DNA of 64,000 bases, from the NCBI GenBank assembly GCA_049472315.1, contig JBLIRN010000004.1, forward strand, positions 17,108-81,107, given 5' to 3'. Position numbers and translations under genes: made by a program. This DNA is from a bacterium (GTDB taxonomy: Bacteria > SZUA-182 > DTGQ01 > JAFGSM01). The notes beneath the pieces were generated by a model. It saw nothing but the letters and a program-made list of their open reading frames with translations. It searched no databases and was not told the origin of the DNA. Shown here in pieces: positions 38,630 to 47,857 of this stretch; position 1 is the first letter of the stretch, and each line of letters starts with the position of its first letter.

Positions 38630-40303
38630 ATGGACACGACGGTACAGGTTGAGGAACAGCAGGGAAACGCATACCTGCGCCGCAAGATACTATGGCTGAT
38701 GATCCTGCGGGTGATCATCCTCACCATCCTCCTGGGTTCCATCAGCATTGTCCAGATCCGGCACGCGCGATCGGGCCTTAATCCCTACTACCTCCTCATT
38801 GCCCTCACCTACCTCCTCACCATCCTCTACGCGGTGCTCTTTTATTCAATGAGCAATCTCGTCGTGCTCGCCTATATTCAACTGGTTGCAGACGTACTCA
38901 TAGAGTCGTGCCTGATCTACCTCACCGGAGGCATTGAGAGCCCCTTTTCCTTCATGTTCATCATCACCATCATCACCACAAGCATCGTCCTGTCACGCAG
39001 GGGAAGCCTCATCATCGCCTCAATGAGCAGCATCCTCTATGGAGTGCTCCTCGATCTCCAATACTTCGGCATCCTCACCCTGCCTTCCAGGGGGACCCTG
39101 GCGGCCGGACTCCTGAGCAGTCGCTACGTCTTCTATACCATCTTCGTCAACATATGCGGCTTCTATCTCATTGCCTTCCTCAGCGGCTATCTGGCCGAAT
39201 CAACCAGAAAGATCGACCAGGAGCTCACCGCCAGCAAGGAAGATCTCATGGAATTGAAGGCCTTTAACGAGGATGTGCTCAAAAACATCCGTTCAGGCCT
39301 CGTCATTACCGATATCAACGGAAAGATCACCCTCGCCAACAAGGCAGCCATGGAGATCCTGGGCATCAACGAAATCAACGAAGAATTCCTTTACTGGAAC
39401 GAGCTCTTTTTGCCGATCGATTTTCCCAAAATCCTTGCCCTGATCGAGGAGGAACAAACCATCTCCTATAATGAATTTGTCAATTGCGGGGAACGCGGGC
39501 CCTGCTTTATCGGGCTGAATCTGGCACCCATTCAGGATGCGCAGGGCAATACCAAGGGAACGATCACCAGTTTTCAGGACCTCACCGAATTCAAAAGGAT
39601 GGAGGATCAGATAAAACAGGCCGACATCCTGGCGACCATCGGGGGAATGGGGGCAGGCATGGCCCACGAACTGCGCAACCCCCTCGCCTCAATCAAGGGT
39701 TCCATCCAGCTCCTTGCCGAGGGACTCACCCTGGATGAGGAGCAAACAACCCTGATGAATATTGTGATCAGGGAGTCAACACACCTGAACAACGTCATCA
39801 ATGATTTTCTCACCTATGCCCGGCCACGGCCACTTAGACTGGAGTCCTGCGATATCAATTCCCTGGTCGATGACACCCTGACCATGCTGAAAAACGGTGA
39901 GGATTTCAATCACACCATCTCCATCGTCACCGATCTGGAAGAGGAGCATACGATCCTGAACCTCGATGCCAACCAGATGAAACAGGTATTCTGGAATCTT
40001 GCAATAAACGCCTGTCAGGCCATGCCTGAAGGGGGCACCCTTTCGGTGAAAGGCCGTACCAGAGACAATAAACACAAATCATACAAGGTCATAGAATTCC
40101 AGGATACGGGGGTGGGGATTACCAGGGAACACCTTCCGAGGGTGTTTCACCCCTTCTACACCACAAAGGAACGGGGAACAGGGCTGGGGCTCTGCACCGC
40201 CTATCGGGTGATTGAGGCACATGGAGGCAAAATCGAGGTGGAGAGCCAACCGGGACAGGGGAGCCTCTTTCGGATCTATCTTTCCCTGCTCTCCAGCCCG
40301 TAG
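38630..40303 (+). CDS. pilS: Sensor histidine kinase PilS (TM-PAS-HisKA-HATPase)
   Basis: Multi-TM N-terminus, AHELRNPL, WNLAINA, DTGVG, GTGLGL; between pilC and pilR; start 38630 (SD GAGGGA). Confidence 0.9.
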   Translation: MDTTVQVEEQQGNAYLRRKILWLMILRVIILTILLGSISIVQIRHARSGLNPYYLLIALTYLLTILYAVLFYSMSNLVVLAYIQLVADVLIESCLIYLTGGIESPFSFMFIITIITTSIVLSRRGSLIIASMSSILYGVLLDLQYFGILTLPSRGTLAAGLLSSRYVFYTIFVNICGFYLIAFLSGYLAESTRKIDQELTASKEDLMELKAFNEDVLKNIRSGLVITDINGKITLANKAAMEILGINEINEEFLYWNELFLPIDFPKILALIEEEQTISYNEFVNCGERGPCFIGLNLAPIQDAQGNTKGTITSFQDLTEFKRMEDQIKQADILATIGGMGAGMAHELRNPLASIKGSIQLLAEGLTLDEEQTTLMNIVIRESTHLNNVINDFLTYARPRPLRLESCDINSLVDDTLTMLKNGEDFNHTISIVTDLEEEHTILNLDANQMKQVFWNLAINACQAMPEGGTLSVKGRTRDNKHKSYKVIEFQDTGVGITREHLPRVFHPFYTTKERGTGLGLCTAYRVIEAHGGKIEVESQPGQGSLFRIYLSLLSSP

Positions 40304-40385
40304 GGATTTTGATCGAGGGGAGAATATGTGGCATAGTATACAGTATGATATGAGTGCCTGACGAACAGGGTGAGGGAAAACCACA

Positions 40386-41771
40386 GTGAACTCCATACTG
40401 ATCATAGACGACGAACGGAGCATGTGCGAGTTTCTCGCCATTATGCTCAAACGTGAAGGGTACCGGGTCAAGTTCGCAAACACCCCCAAGGAGGGGATCA
40501 CCCTTGCCCAGAATGAGGCCTTTGATCTAGCCGTCATCGATATTCGGATGCCGGGTATGGACGGATTAAGTGTATTGAGGGAGATCAGGAAGATCAGCCC
40601 GGAGACCCTTGCGATCATGATCACCGCCTACGCATCCACCAAGACCGCTGTGCAGGCAATCAAGGAGGGGGCCTACGACTACCTGACCAAGCCTTTCAAG
40701 AATAACGAGGAGATAAAGCTGGTGATCCACAATGCCCTGGAGAAGAAGCGCCTTCAGGAGGAAAATGTCATCCTCAGGCGGGAGCTTTCCACGAAATACA
40801 AGCTGGGAAACATCCTGGGCAAGAGCAGCCAGATGCGGGAGATATTCGCCCTCATCCAGAAGATTGCCAACAGCCGGAGTACGGTGTTGATAACGGGTGA
40901 AAGCGGCACAGGCAAAGAGCTGGTGGCGCGGGCCATTCACTTCCACAGCGCCCAACGGAACGAGTCCTTTGTAAGCGTCAATTGCGGCGGTATGCCTGAA
41001 GGGCTCCTGGAGAGCGAACTTTTCGGTCATGTGAAGGGATCGTTTACCGGGGCGATCCACAATAAGAAGGGGCTCTTTGAAGCCGCGCACAAGGGCACCA
41101 TATTCCTGGACGAGATCGCCTCCACCCCCCTTTCCCTGCAGGTCAAGCTCCTGAGGGTACTCCAGGATCAGGAGATCCGCAGGGTTGGGGCAACCGAGGG
41201 TATCACCGTTGATGTGCGCATCATTGCAGCGACCAATAAGGATTTGCAGGAGGCGGTCCAGGAAGGAACCTTCCGGGAGGACCTCTACTACCGTCTCAAC
41301 GTGATCCCTGTGTGCCTTCCGCCTCTGAGGGAGAGGATCGGGGATATCCCTCTCCTCGTGGCCCATTTCCTGGACATCTACGCGAAAAAAAATGGATTTC
41401 TCGATATGGATACCTCGCCTTCATCCGAGATCATCCGCATACTCTCCAATTACCACTGGCCCGGTAATGTGCGTGAGTTGGAAAACGTCATCGAAAGGGC
41501 CGTTGCCCTCGGCAACGGAAAATCGCTCCGGCCCGAAGACTTGCCGGACAATGTCCTCTATCCCATCCATCCCCCCTATCAATCATCGAGCTTCGACATG
41601 GAAAAGGGGATCGACCTGGAAAAGGCGGTCACCGAAATGGAGACGCGGCTCATTTCACAAGCGCTCAAGAAGACCCAGGGGAACAAGAGCAAGGCGGCGG
41701 AGTTGCTCAATTTAAGCTTTCGTTCATTTCGGTACCGGCTCCAGAAATATGGAGACATCCTGGAACAATAA
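40386..41771 (+). CDS. pilR: sigma54-dependent response regulator PilR (REC-AAA+-Fis HTH)
   Basis: GESGTGKE, ESELFGH, GSFTGA, FLDEI, REDLYYRL, WPGNVREL, LSFRSFRYRL. Confidence 0.92.
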   Translation: MNSILIIDDERSMCEFLAIMLKREGYRVKFANTPKEGITLAQNEAFDLAVIDIRMPGMDGLSVLREIRKISPETLAIMITAYASTKTAVQAIKEGAYDYLTKPFKNNEEIKLVIHNALEKKRLQEENVILRRELSTKYKLGNILGKSSQMREIFALIQKIANSRSTVLITGESGTGKELVARAIHFHSAQRNESFVSVNCGGMPEGLLESELFGHVKGSFTGAIHNKKGLFEAAHKGTIFLDEIASTPLSLQVKLLRVLQDQEIRRVGATEGITVDVRIIAATNKDLQEAVQEGTFREDLYYRLNVIPVCLPPLRERIGDIPLLVAHFLDIYAKKNGFLDMDTSPSSEIIRILSNYHWPGNVRELENVIERAVALGNGKSLRPEDLPDNVLYPIHPPYQSSSFDMEKGIDLEKAVTEMETRLISQALKKTQGNKSKAAELLNLSFRSFRYRLQKYGDILEQ

Positions 41772-41802
41772 GGAACGCGAGGGACTCACAGAATCGAGGG
41801 CA

Positions 41803-43206
41803 CTACCTCTCCGAGGCACTCATCTCGGCCACCAGAACCCGGGTTACATCTTCCTGTCCCTGCAGCAGCGGATTCAGATCGGCCATAACCGCTCGAAACT
41901 GGGGCAGCATATTTTTCTTTAACGGCTTCCCCGATGGATACTGCTCATTCAACGGATTGATGAACCGGGTACCCTTTTTGACACGATAATCCAGATGAGG
42001 GCCGGTGGAGAGACCGGTGGTTCCCACATACCCGATCACCTGTTTCTGGGTCACCCGAACCCCCTTTTTCAATCCCCGAGCAAAACCGGACAGGTGATTG
42101 TAGTAGGTGACATATGCGTTCATGTGTCTTAGTTTTACCTGATTCCCGTTATACCTATCATACGAGGTGGAAAGGACCACCCCATCGGCCACCGCCCACA
42201 CAGGGGAACCGTACGGGGCGGCGAAATCGATCCCCAGGTGCGGCCGCACGCTTCCCAGAATGGGATGCCTGCGGTGATGGCTGTATCCAGAGCTTATGTA
42301 CTTGTAACTCAATGGGGCCCTCAGAAATGCCCGCCGCAGGGATACGCCCTCCGCATCATAGTAGTCTCCACTACCTTCGTCCTTGAAGTAGAACCCCCTC
42401 AATGTCCCTGTAACCTCTCCTTCATACAGTATTGCCAGGACCCTGCCGTACCCTATCGGCTCGTCACCCCTGAAATAGCGCTCGAAAACCATCCTGAAAC
42501 GGTCCCCCTCCCTCACCTCGTGTTGAAAATCGATCTTCCACTCGAGGATCTCCGCAAACTGCAGCGCCAGGGATACGGGATACCCGGCGTCCTGCATGGT
42601 AGTAAAGAGGGAGCCCTTGATGGAGCCGGAAATGCTTACCCAATACTTCGCAATCTTTATGTCCTCCCGCCACGCGTTCCATTTGTCCCCTTGATCCCTG
42701 CTCAGGCAGTAGATCTCCAGCGGGCTTTTCTGATACTCGAACCGCTCGACCTCACCCTCCTCGGTAAGGCTTAACCGGTAGATATCGCCGGGCCTGCTCT
42801 GGGAGCGAAAACGTAACAGGGGATTGAGCTTGCTGGTGATGAGGTGAATCGTTCGATCGGCTATGCCTTCCCGGTGCAGGCACTGGTAGATGCTCTCTCC
42901 ATCCTTGATGGTACCGTCCCGGTAAAGCAGAGAATAGGATGGAGGGGGCGGAGGACCCTCAATAACGATACACGAGGGCTCCGCAGGGGATGCATGTGGC
43001 ATCAGGGAGGCATTTGCGTCAGGATATCCCATTGTGGTATCCGCTGTGGGAAGGGTTTGCCGGGCCCGTGTCAATGTGGACACGAGATATCCGCACAGCA
43101 GTATGCAGGGCACTGCCAGAATCACAACGGCAATGACGGAGAGTCTCACTGTGTGTCTTCGATGTCTCTGTCTCTTGAGATGTTCCGATGAATGGTAGAG
43201 CGGCAT
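41803..43206 (-). CDS. M23-family metallopeptidase (MepM/Csd3-like)
   Basis: N-terminal TM, RRHPILG, HLGIDFAAP, YNHLS, GLSTGPHLDY. Confidence 0.92.
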   Translation of the reverse strand: MPLYHSSEHLKRQRHRRHTVRLSVIAVVILAVPCILLCGYLVSTLTRARQTLPTADTTMGYPDANASLMPHASPAEPSCIVIEGPPPPPSYSLLYRDGTIKDGESIYQCLHREGIADRTIHLITSKLNPLLRFRSQSRPGDIYRLSLTEEGEVERFEYQKSPLEIYCLSRDQGDKWNAWREDIKIAKYWVSISGSIKGSLFTTMQDAGYPVSLALQFAEILEWKIDFQHEVREGDRFRMVFERYFRGDEPIGYGRVLAILYEGEVTGTLRGFYFKDEGSGDYYDAEGVSLRRAFLRAPLSYKYISSGYSHHRRHPILGSVRPHLGIDFAAPYGSPVWAVADGVVLSTSYDRYNGNQVKLRHMNAYVTYYNHLSGFARGLKKGVRVTQKQVIGYVGTTGLSTGPHLDYRVKKGTRFINPLNEQYPSGKPLKKNMLPQFRAVMADLNPLLQGQEDVTRVLVAEMSASER

Positions 43207-43215
43207 GAATGGCCT

Positions 43216-44661
43216 CTATTGCCTTTGTTCGAGTTTTGTGACCAGGATTTCATTCACCAGCTTGGGATTGGCCTTTCCCTTGGTCGCCCTCATCACTTGT
43301 CCCACCAGGAATCCCACCGCCTCCTTCCTCCCCTTCCTGTAATCCGCGACCGTTTCCGGATGAGCGGCGAGCACCTCATCGATCGTTTCCTCAAGACGCG
43401 AGGTATCGGTTATCTGAATGAGGTCCTCCTCCCGTACGATACTGGAGGCATCCTTTCCCGTTCGATACATTGAGGCGAACACCCTCTTGGCGATCTTTCC
43501 GCTGATCACCCCGTCATCGATCATCTTCAGCATATCGGCCAGGCCCTTCGGACTGACCGGCGAGGAGGTGATGTCACGATTGTCACGATTCAACTCCCTC
43601 ATCAGCTCCACCATGATCCAGTTGCTCACCGCCTTGGGCCCAGGATAAAGGGCGCAACACGCCTCAAAATAGTCGGCGAGTTCAGTGGAAACGGTCAGTA
43701 CCTGGGCGTCATAGGGTGGTATTTCGTATTCCCTGATCAGGCGATTCCTCTTTACCTCGGGCAATTCCGGCAGTGTCCGGTCAATACGATCTATCAATTC
43801 CTCGTCGATTGCCAGGGGCGGGAGGTCCGGTTCAGGAAAATAGCGGTAGTCATGGGCCTCCTCCTTGCTCCTCATGGGGATGCTGATCCCCCTGTCCGCG
43901 TCCCACAGCCGTGTTTCCTGCACCACCCGCTCTCCACCATCAAGAAGCATGATCTGGCGTTCGATCTCATATTCCAGCGCCCGCTGTACATTCCGGAAGG
44001 AATTCATATTCTTTATCTCCGTCTTCACGCCGAACGATTCCTGCCCGATGGGTCGCACGGATACATTGGCGTCGCACCGCAGGCTCCCTTCTTCCATGTT
44101 CCCGTCGCATACCTTCAAGTATTGAAGGATTGCCTTCAGATTTTGAAGAAAGAGCCTTGCCTCCTCGGGTGATCGGATTTCGGGTTCGGTCACGATCTCC
44201 ATGAGGGGTACCCCGGTGCGGTTAAAATCCACAAAACTTGCATTCCTGTCCGGACCCTCGCCGTGGATGAGCTTTCCCGCATCCTCCTCCAGATGTATGC
44301 GGGTGAGCCCGATGCGTTTCTTACCCCCCTCTTCCAGGTCCACCTCCACATATCCTCCTTCCGACAGGGGGAGCTCATATTGGGAAATCTGATACGCCTT
44401 GGGCAGATCGGGATAGAAGTAATTCTTGCGTGCAAAGCGGCTCGTATGCGGGATGCGCCCATGGACTGCCAGCGCGGTCTTCAGGGCAAACTCGACCGCC
44501 TGGCGGTTCAGCACCGGGAGGACACCCGGAAATCCCATGCACACCGGGCAGGTTTGGGTATTGGGAGGCTCTCCGAATCTCGTGCCGCAGCCGCAGAAGA
44601 TCTTTGACCGGGTGAGAAGCTGGGCATGGATCTCAAGGCCTATAACGCTCTCATACCCCAT
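43216..44661 (-). CDS. gatB: Asp/Glu-tRNA amidotransferase subunit B
   Basis: [52 protein letters not shown]. Confidence 0.97.
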   Translation of the reverse strand: MGYESVIGLEIHAQLLTRSKIFCGCGTRFGEPPNTQTCPVCMGFPGVLPVLNRQAVEFALKTALAVHGRIPHTSRFARKNYFYPDLPKAYQISQYELPLSEGGYVEVDLEEGGKKRIGLTRIHLEEDAGKLIHGEGPDRNASFVDFNRTGVPLMEIVTEPEIRSPEEARLFLQNLKAILQYLKVCDGNMEEGSLRCDANVSVRPIGQESFGVKTEIKNMNSFRNVQRALEYEIERQIMLLDGGERVVQETRLWDADRGISIPMRSKEEAHDYRYFPEPDLPPLAIDEELIDRIDRTLPELPEVKRNRLIREYEIPPYDAQVLTVSTELADYFEACCALYPGPKAVSNWIMVELMRELNRDNRDITSSPVSPKGLADMLKMIDDGVISGKIAKRVFASMYRTGKDASSIVREEDLIQITDTSRLEETIDEVLAAHPETVADYRKGRKEAVGFLVGQVMRATKGKANPKLVNEILVTKLEQRQ

Positions 44662-46138
44662 GCGTACCTTTCTCCCAGAAACGCTGCGGTTTTGTTACCT
44701 GCAATGCCTGCTCCAGGGCGAAGGCAACCCTCAGGACCGTCCCCTCCTCGAAGGGTCTGCCCAGGATCTGTATCCCTATGGGAAGCCCCTCCTCGGTAAA
44801 CCCGCAGGGCAAGGAGATGGCCGGAATGCCTGCCAGATTTGCGGAGATGGTAAAGATGTCGTTGAGATACATCTGCAGAGGATCGGTGATGTTCTCTCCG
44901 AGCCGAAAGGCAGGGGTCGGTGTGGTGGGGGTGACCAGCACGTCATGGTTCTGCAATGCCGCGTCAAAATCCTTCTTGATGAGGGTGCGCACCTTGAGGG
45001 CCTTCAGGTAATAGGCATCGTAGTATCCCGTGCTGAGGGCATAGGTCCCAAGCATGATCCTCCGCTTGACCTCCCCGCCGAACCCCTTGTCACGTGTCAT
45101 TCGGTACATCTGCCTCAGGTCGGTGTGACCCTGGTCCCTGAAGCCGTACTTCACCCCGTCGTAGCGTGCAAGGTTGGAACTCGCCTCCGCCGTCGCAATA
45201 AGATAGTAGGCGGCGATCGCATAATCGGTGTGGGGCAGGGAGACATCCTCCACTGCCGCCCCGAGGCCGGCCAGGGTATCAATGGCTCGGTTGACGTGAA
45301 GGGACACCCCCCGATCAAGCCCGCCGATGAAGTATTCCTTCGGCCTTCCCACCCGTATTCCCGCAATATCATTCCCCAGGGCATCCCCGTATCGCGGAAC
45401 GGGGATCGCCGCAGAGGTGCTGTCGCGGTGATCCCTTCCACTTATTACGGAAAGGAGCAAGGCACAATCGGTGACGTCCCTTGCAATGGGACCGACCTGA
45501 TCCAATGACGAGGCGAAGGCAACCAGACCGAAACGTGACACCCTGCCATAGGTCGGCTTGAGGCCCACCACACCGCAGAAGGCAGCGGGCTGGCGTATCG
45601 ATCCCCCGGTATCCGAGCCCAGGGCTGCAGAGGCCATATCCGATGCCACCACGGCAGCAGAACCCCCTGACGACCCGCCAGGCACCCGCTCCGATGACCA
45701 GGGATTGATGGTGGGGCCGAAGCAGGATGTCTCCGTGGAGGAGCCCATGGCAAACTCATCCAGATTGGTCTTCCCCAGGATGATTGCACCCTCTTGCCGG
45801 AGCTTCTCCACAACATGGGCATCAAATGGTGGGATAAAGGATTTCAGGATGCCGGATGAACAGGTGGTGGAAAGCCCCGTGGTACAGATATTGTCCTTTA
45901 TCGCTATGGGGATGCCTGCCAAGGCATTGGAAACGGAATGATTTCGATGATGGCGATCAATCTCTTCCGCCCTTGCCAGGGCTTGATCTGCAGCAAGGGA
46001 TAGATACCCGTTGATGAGGGGATTGATGTATTCGATTCGTTCCAGGTACAAACGCACCAATTCCTTGGCGCTCAATCTTTTTTCCTTAAGCAGTGCAATC
46101 TGCCTATGGATAGGTTGGGCACAGATCGCTTCGGTCAT
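44651..46138 (-). CDS. gatA: Asp/Glu-tRNA amidotransferase subunit A
   Basis: [53 protein letters not shown]; start 46138 (SD GAGGGG). Confidence 0.97.
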   Translation of the reverse strand: MTEAICAQPIHRQIALLKEKRLSAKELVRLYLERIEYINPLINGYLSLAADQALARAEEIDRHHRNHSVSNALAGIPIAIKDNICTTGLSTTCSSGILKSFIPPFDAHVVEKLRQEGAIILGKTNLDEFAMGSSTETSCFGPTINPWSSERVPGGSSGGSAAVVASDMASAALGSDTGGSIRQPAAFCGVVGLKPTYGRVSRFGLVAFASSLDQVGPIARDVTDCALLLSVISGRDHRDSTSAAIPVPRYGDALGNDIAGIRVGRPKEYFIGGLDRGVSLHVNRAIDTLAGLGAAVEDVSLPHTDYAIAAYYLIATAEASSNLARYDGVKYGFRDQGHTDLRQMYRMTRDKGFGGEVKRRIMLGTYALSTGYYDAYYLKALKVRTLIKKDFDAALQNHDVLVTPTTPTPAFRLGENITDPLQMYLNDIFTISANLAGIPAISLPCGFTEEGLPIGIQILGRPFEEGTVLRVAFALEQALQVTKPQRFWEKGTHGV

Positions 46139-46250
46139 GATCCCCTCGTCCACTCCTTCCTACCCTGCGGCGATTGCCCTATCCTCTTCAACACACCGCA
46201 GCGGAGGAAGGCCAGGCGTTCCCTCCTTCGGGTAAAGGCATTTACATGCT

Positions 46251-46308
46251 AAAAAAAGGAAGGGGGTAGGTCAAGAGATTGGATCGTCCGATCTATTGCT
46301 ACCCCCTT
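46251..46308 (-). terminator. Probable Rho-independent terminator after hup
   Basis: AAGGGGGTAG / CTACCCCCTT outer stem with an inner stem, followed on the minus strand by T7. Confidence 0.6.
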
Positions 46309-46320
46309 TATTGATCGATT

Positions 46321-46596
46321 TTACAGAATGTCCTTTAACCCTTTACCCGGTTTGAATTTTACAACCTTTCTGGCCGGTATCTTTAGCTCGGCGCCTGTCT
46401 GAGGGTTACGACCTACCCTGGATTTACGGCTGGCAACCGAGAACGTCCCAAAGCCGATAAGCGTAATATTTTCCCCCTTCTTCAGCGCGCCCTTTACGCC
46501 ATCGACGAACGCATTCAGTGACTTTTCAGCCGCCACCTTACTAATACCAGCCTCTCCAGCCATTCTTTCCACCAAATCCGCCTTATTCAACCCCAT
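46321..46596 (-). CDS. hup: HU family DNA-binding protein
   Basis: MGLNKADLV, LIGFGTF, RVGRNPQTG, KFKPGK. Confidence 0.95.
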   Translation of the reverse strand: MGLNKADLVERMAGEAGISKVAAEKSLNAFVDGVKGALKKGENITLIGFGTFSVASRKSRVGRNPQTGAELKIPARKVVKFKPGKGLKDIL

Positions 46597-46666
46597 CCCT
46601 CCTTTCTCATGTTACTGTATGGTTAAATAGACCTGCAAAACAACAATAACATCCGGTACACGTTAT

Positions 46667-46695
46667 TAGATACTATAACCCTCAATCGTTGTCAA
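46667..46695 (-). promoter_or_regulatory. sigma70-type promoter for hup
   Basis: TTGACA (46695-46690) - N17 - TATCTA (46672-46667). Confidence 0.55.
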
Positions 46696-46994
46696 GTCTT
46701 TAATTTCCCCAAAATGGTTTCTCTGTCTATTTCTACAGGCAAGGCAGATCTATTTGTTTGATTTTTTTGAATAAATGTATTTACATCCAATATCTGATAA
46801 ACGAAAAAATGACCCCTTTCATTCCCCCCAATTCCAATTTCAAATCGCGAATTCTGGAGCATGGACAGACTTATCTACCTCCTATGGCGCAAGTCCAAAA
46901 ACGGAAATCCCTTTTTCCCCGCCGATTATTTTGCATCCGGATGATTTCCCTGGTACACTATGTTTTTTTTTCATAACAATGGTATTATTAAAGT

Positions 46995-47771
46995 ATGAAT
47001 AAGAATAGAGACATCAGCAGTACCGTTATCCTGATCCTACTCCTCGTTGTGATCTCGGGCCTGGTGTTCTATCTGTTTTTCTATCCCGGATCCAAGCCGA
47101 AATCCCCTCCCTTGATGGAGGCGGTTGACCCAAACGTCAACATCTTCCTTCCTCCCTCCCTTGACACCAGATACAAGGGGAAGGATGTGTATGTCATCGA
47201 TCCACGGGCAAAGGTGCGGATGGAGCCGCGATCGGATGCCACGGTCGTTGCGGAGAAAAAAAGGGGGGACCAGCTCACCGTGATCGGCGCAAACGAGGGA
47301 TGGTTCGAGGTGGAATTCGATGACAAGAGGGGATGGATCCTCAGGGAGCAGGTCATCGACAGGCTCCCCTCCTCACGGAAGTCGGAAAAACCCGCCCGAA
47401 CTCCTGATACCGAGCCCCAGGACAATATCCAGGTCCTTGATCAGCTCAGGGCGGATACGGATAATATAGCAGCCTTCATCAACCAGAGGGCAACGGAGCT
47501 GTTCGGTCAGGAAATGGTCTCAGGATTCGAGATACGTGATGGCGGAAAAAGACTTACCATGTATGTGACCAAGGCATGGTATATCCTGCCGCCGTTCCAG
47601 AAGCAGGTCATGATAAATCTTGTAGCCATGCGATACGGTAATCAAACCTGTATTCACGGCGTCAGAACCGAATGCTCCCCGAATGATTTCCCCTACATCA
47701 ATTTTCTCAATCCCGACAACAAGGAGATTGCCCGGGTGGGACCGAACCAACCCATGCAGATATTCGAGTAA
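46995..47771 (+). CDS. Membrane-anchored SH3b-domain protein
   Basis: N-terminal TM; VRMEP...GDQLTV...EGWFEV...RGWI SH3b pattern; unknown C-terminal domain. Confidence 0.82.
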   Translation: MNKNRDISSTVILILLLVVISGLVFYLFFYPGSKPKSPPLMEAVDPNVNIFLPPSLDTRYKGKDVYVIDPRAKVRMEPRSDATVVAEKKRGDQLTVIGANEGWFEVEFDDKRGWILREQVIDRLPSSRKSEKPARTPDTEPQDNIQVLDQLRADTDNIAAFINQRATELFGQEMVSGFEIRDGGKRLTMYVTKAWYILPPFQKQVMINLVAMRYGNQTCIHGVRTECSPNDFPYINFLNPDNKEIARVGPNQPMQIFE

Positions 47772-47857
47772 AACCTCATCCTTCCCATGCGGCCCACACC
47801 GCTGAGACATGCAGAAAATATCGGGGGGCTTCGCCCCCGCCTTAGAAGGGGGACACA

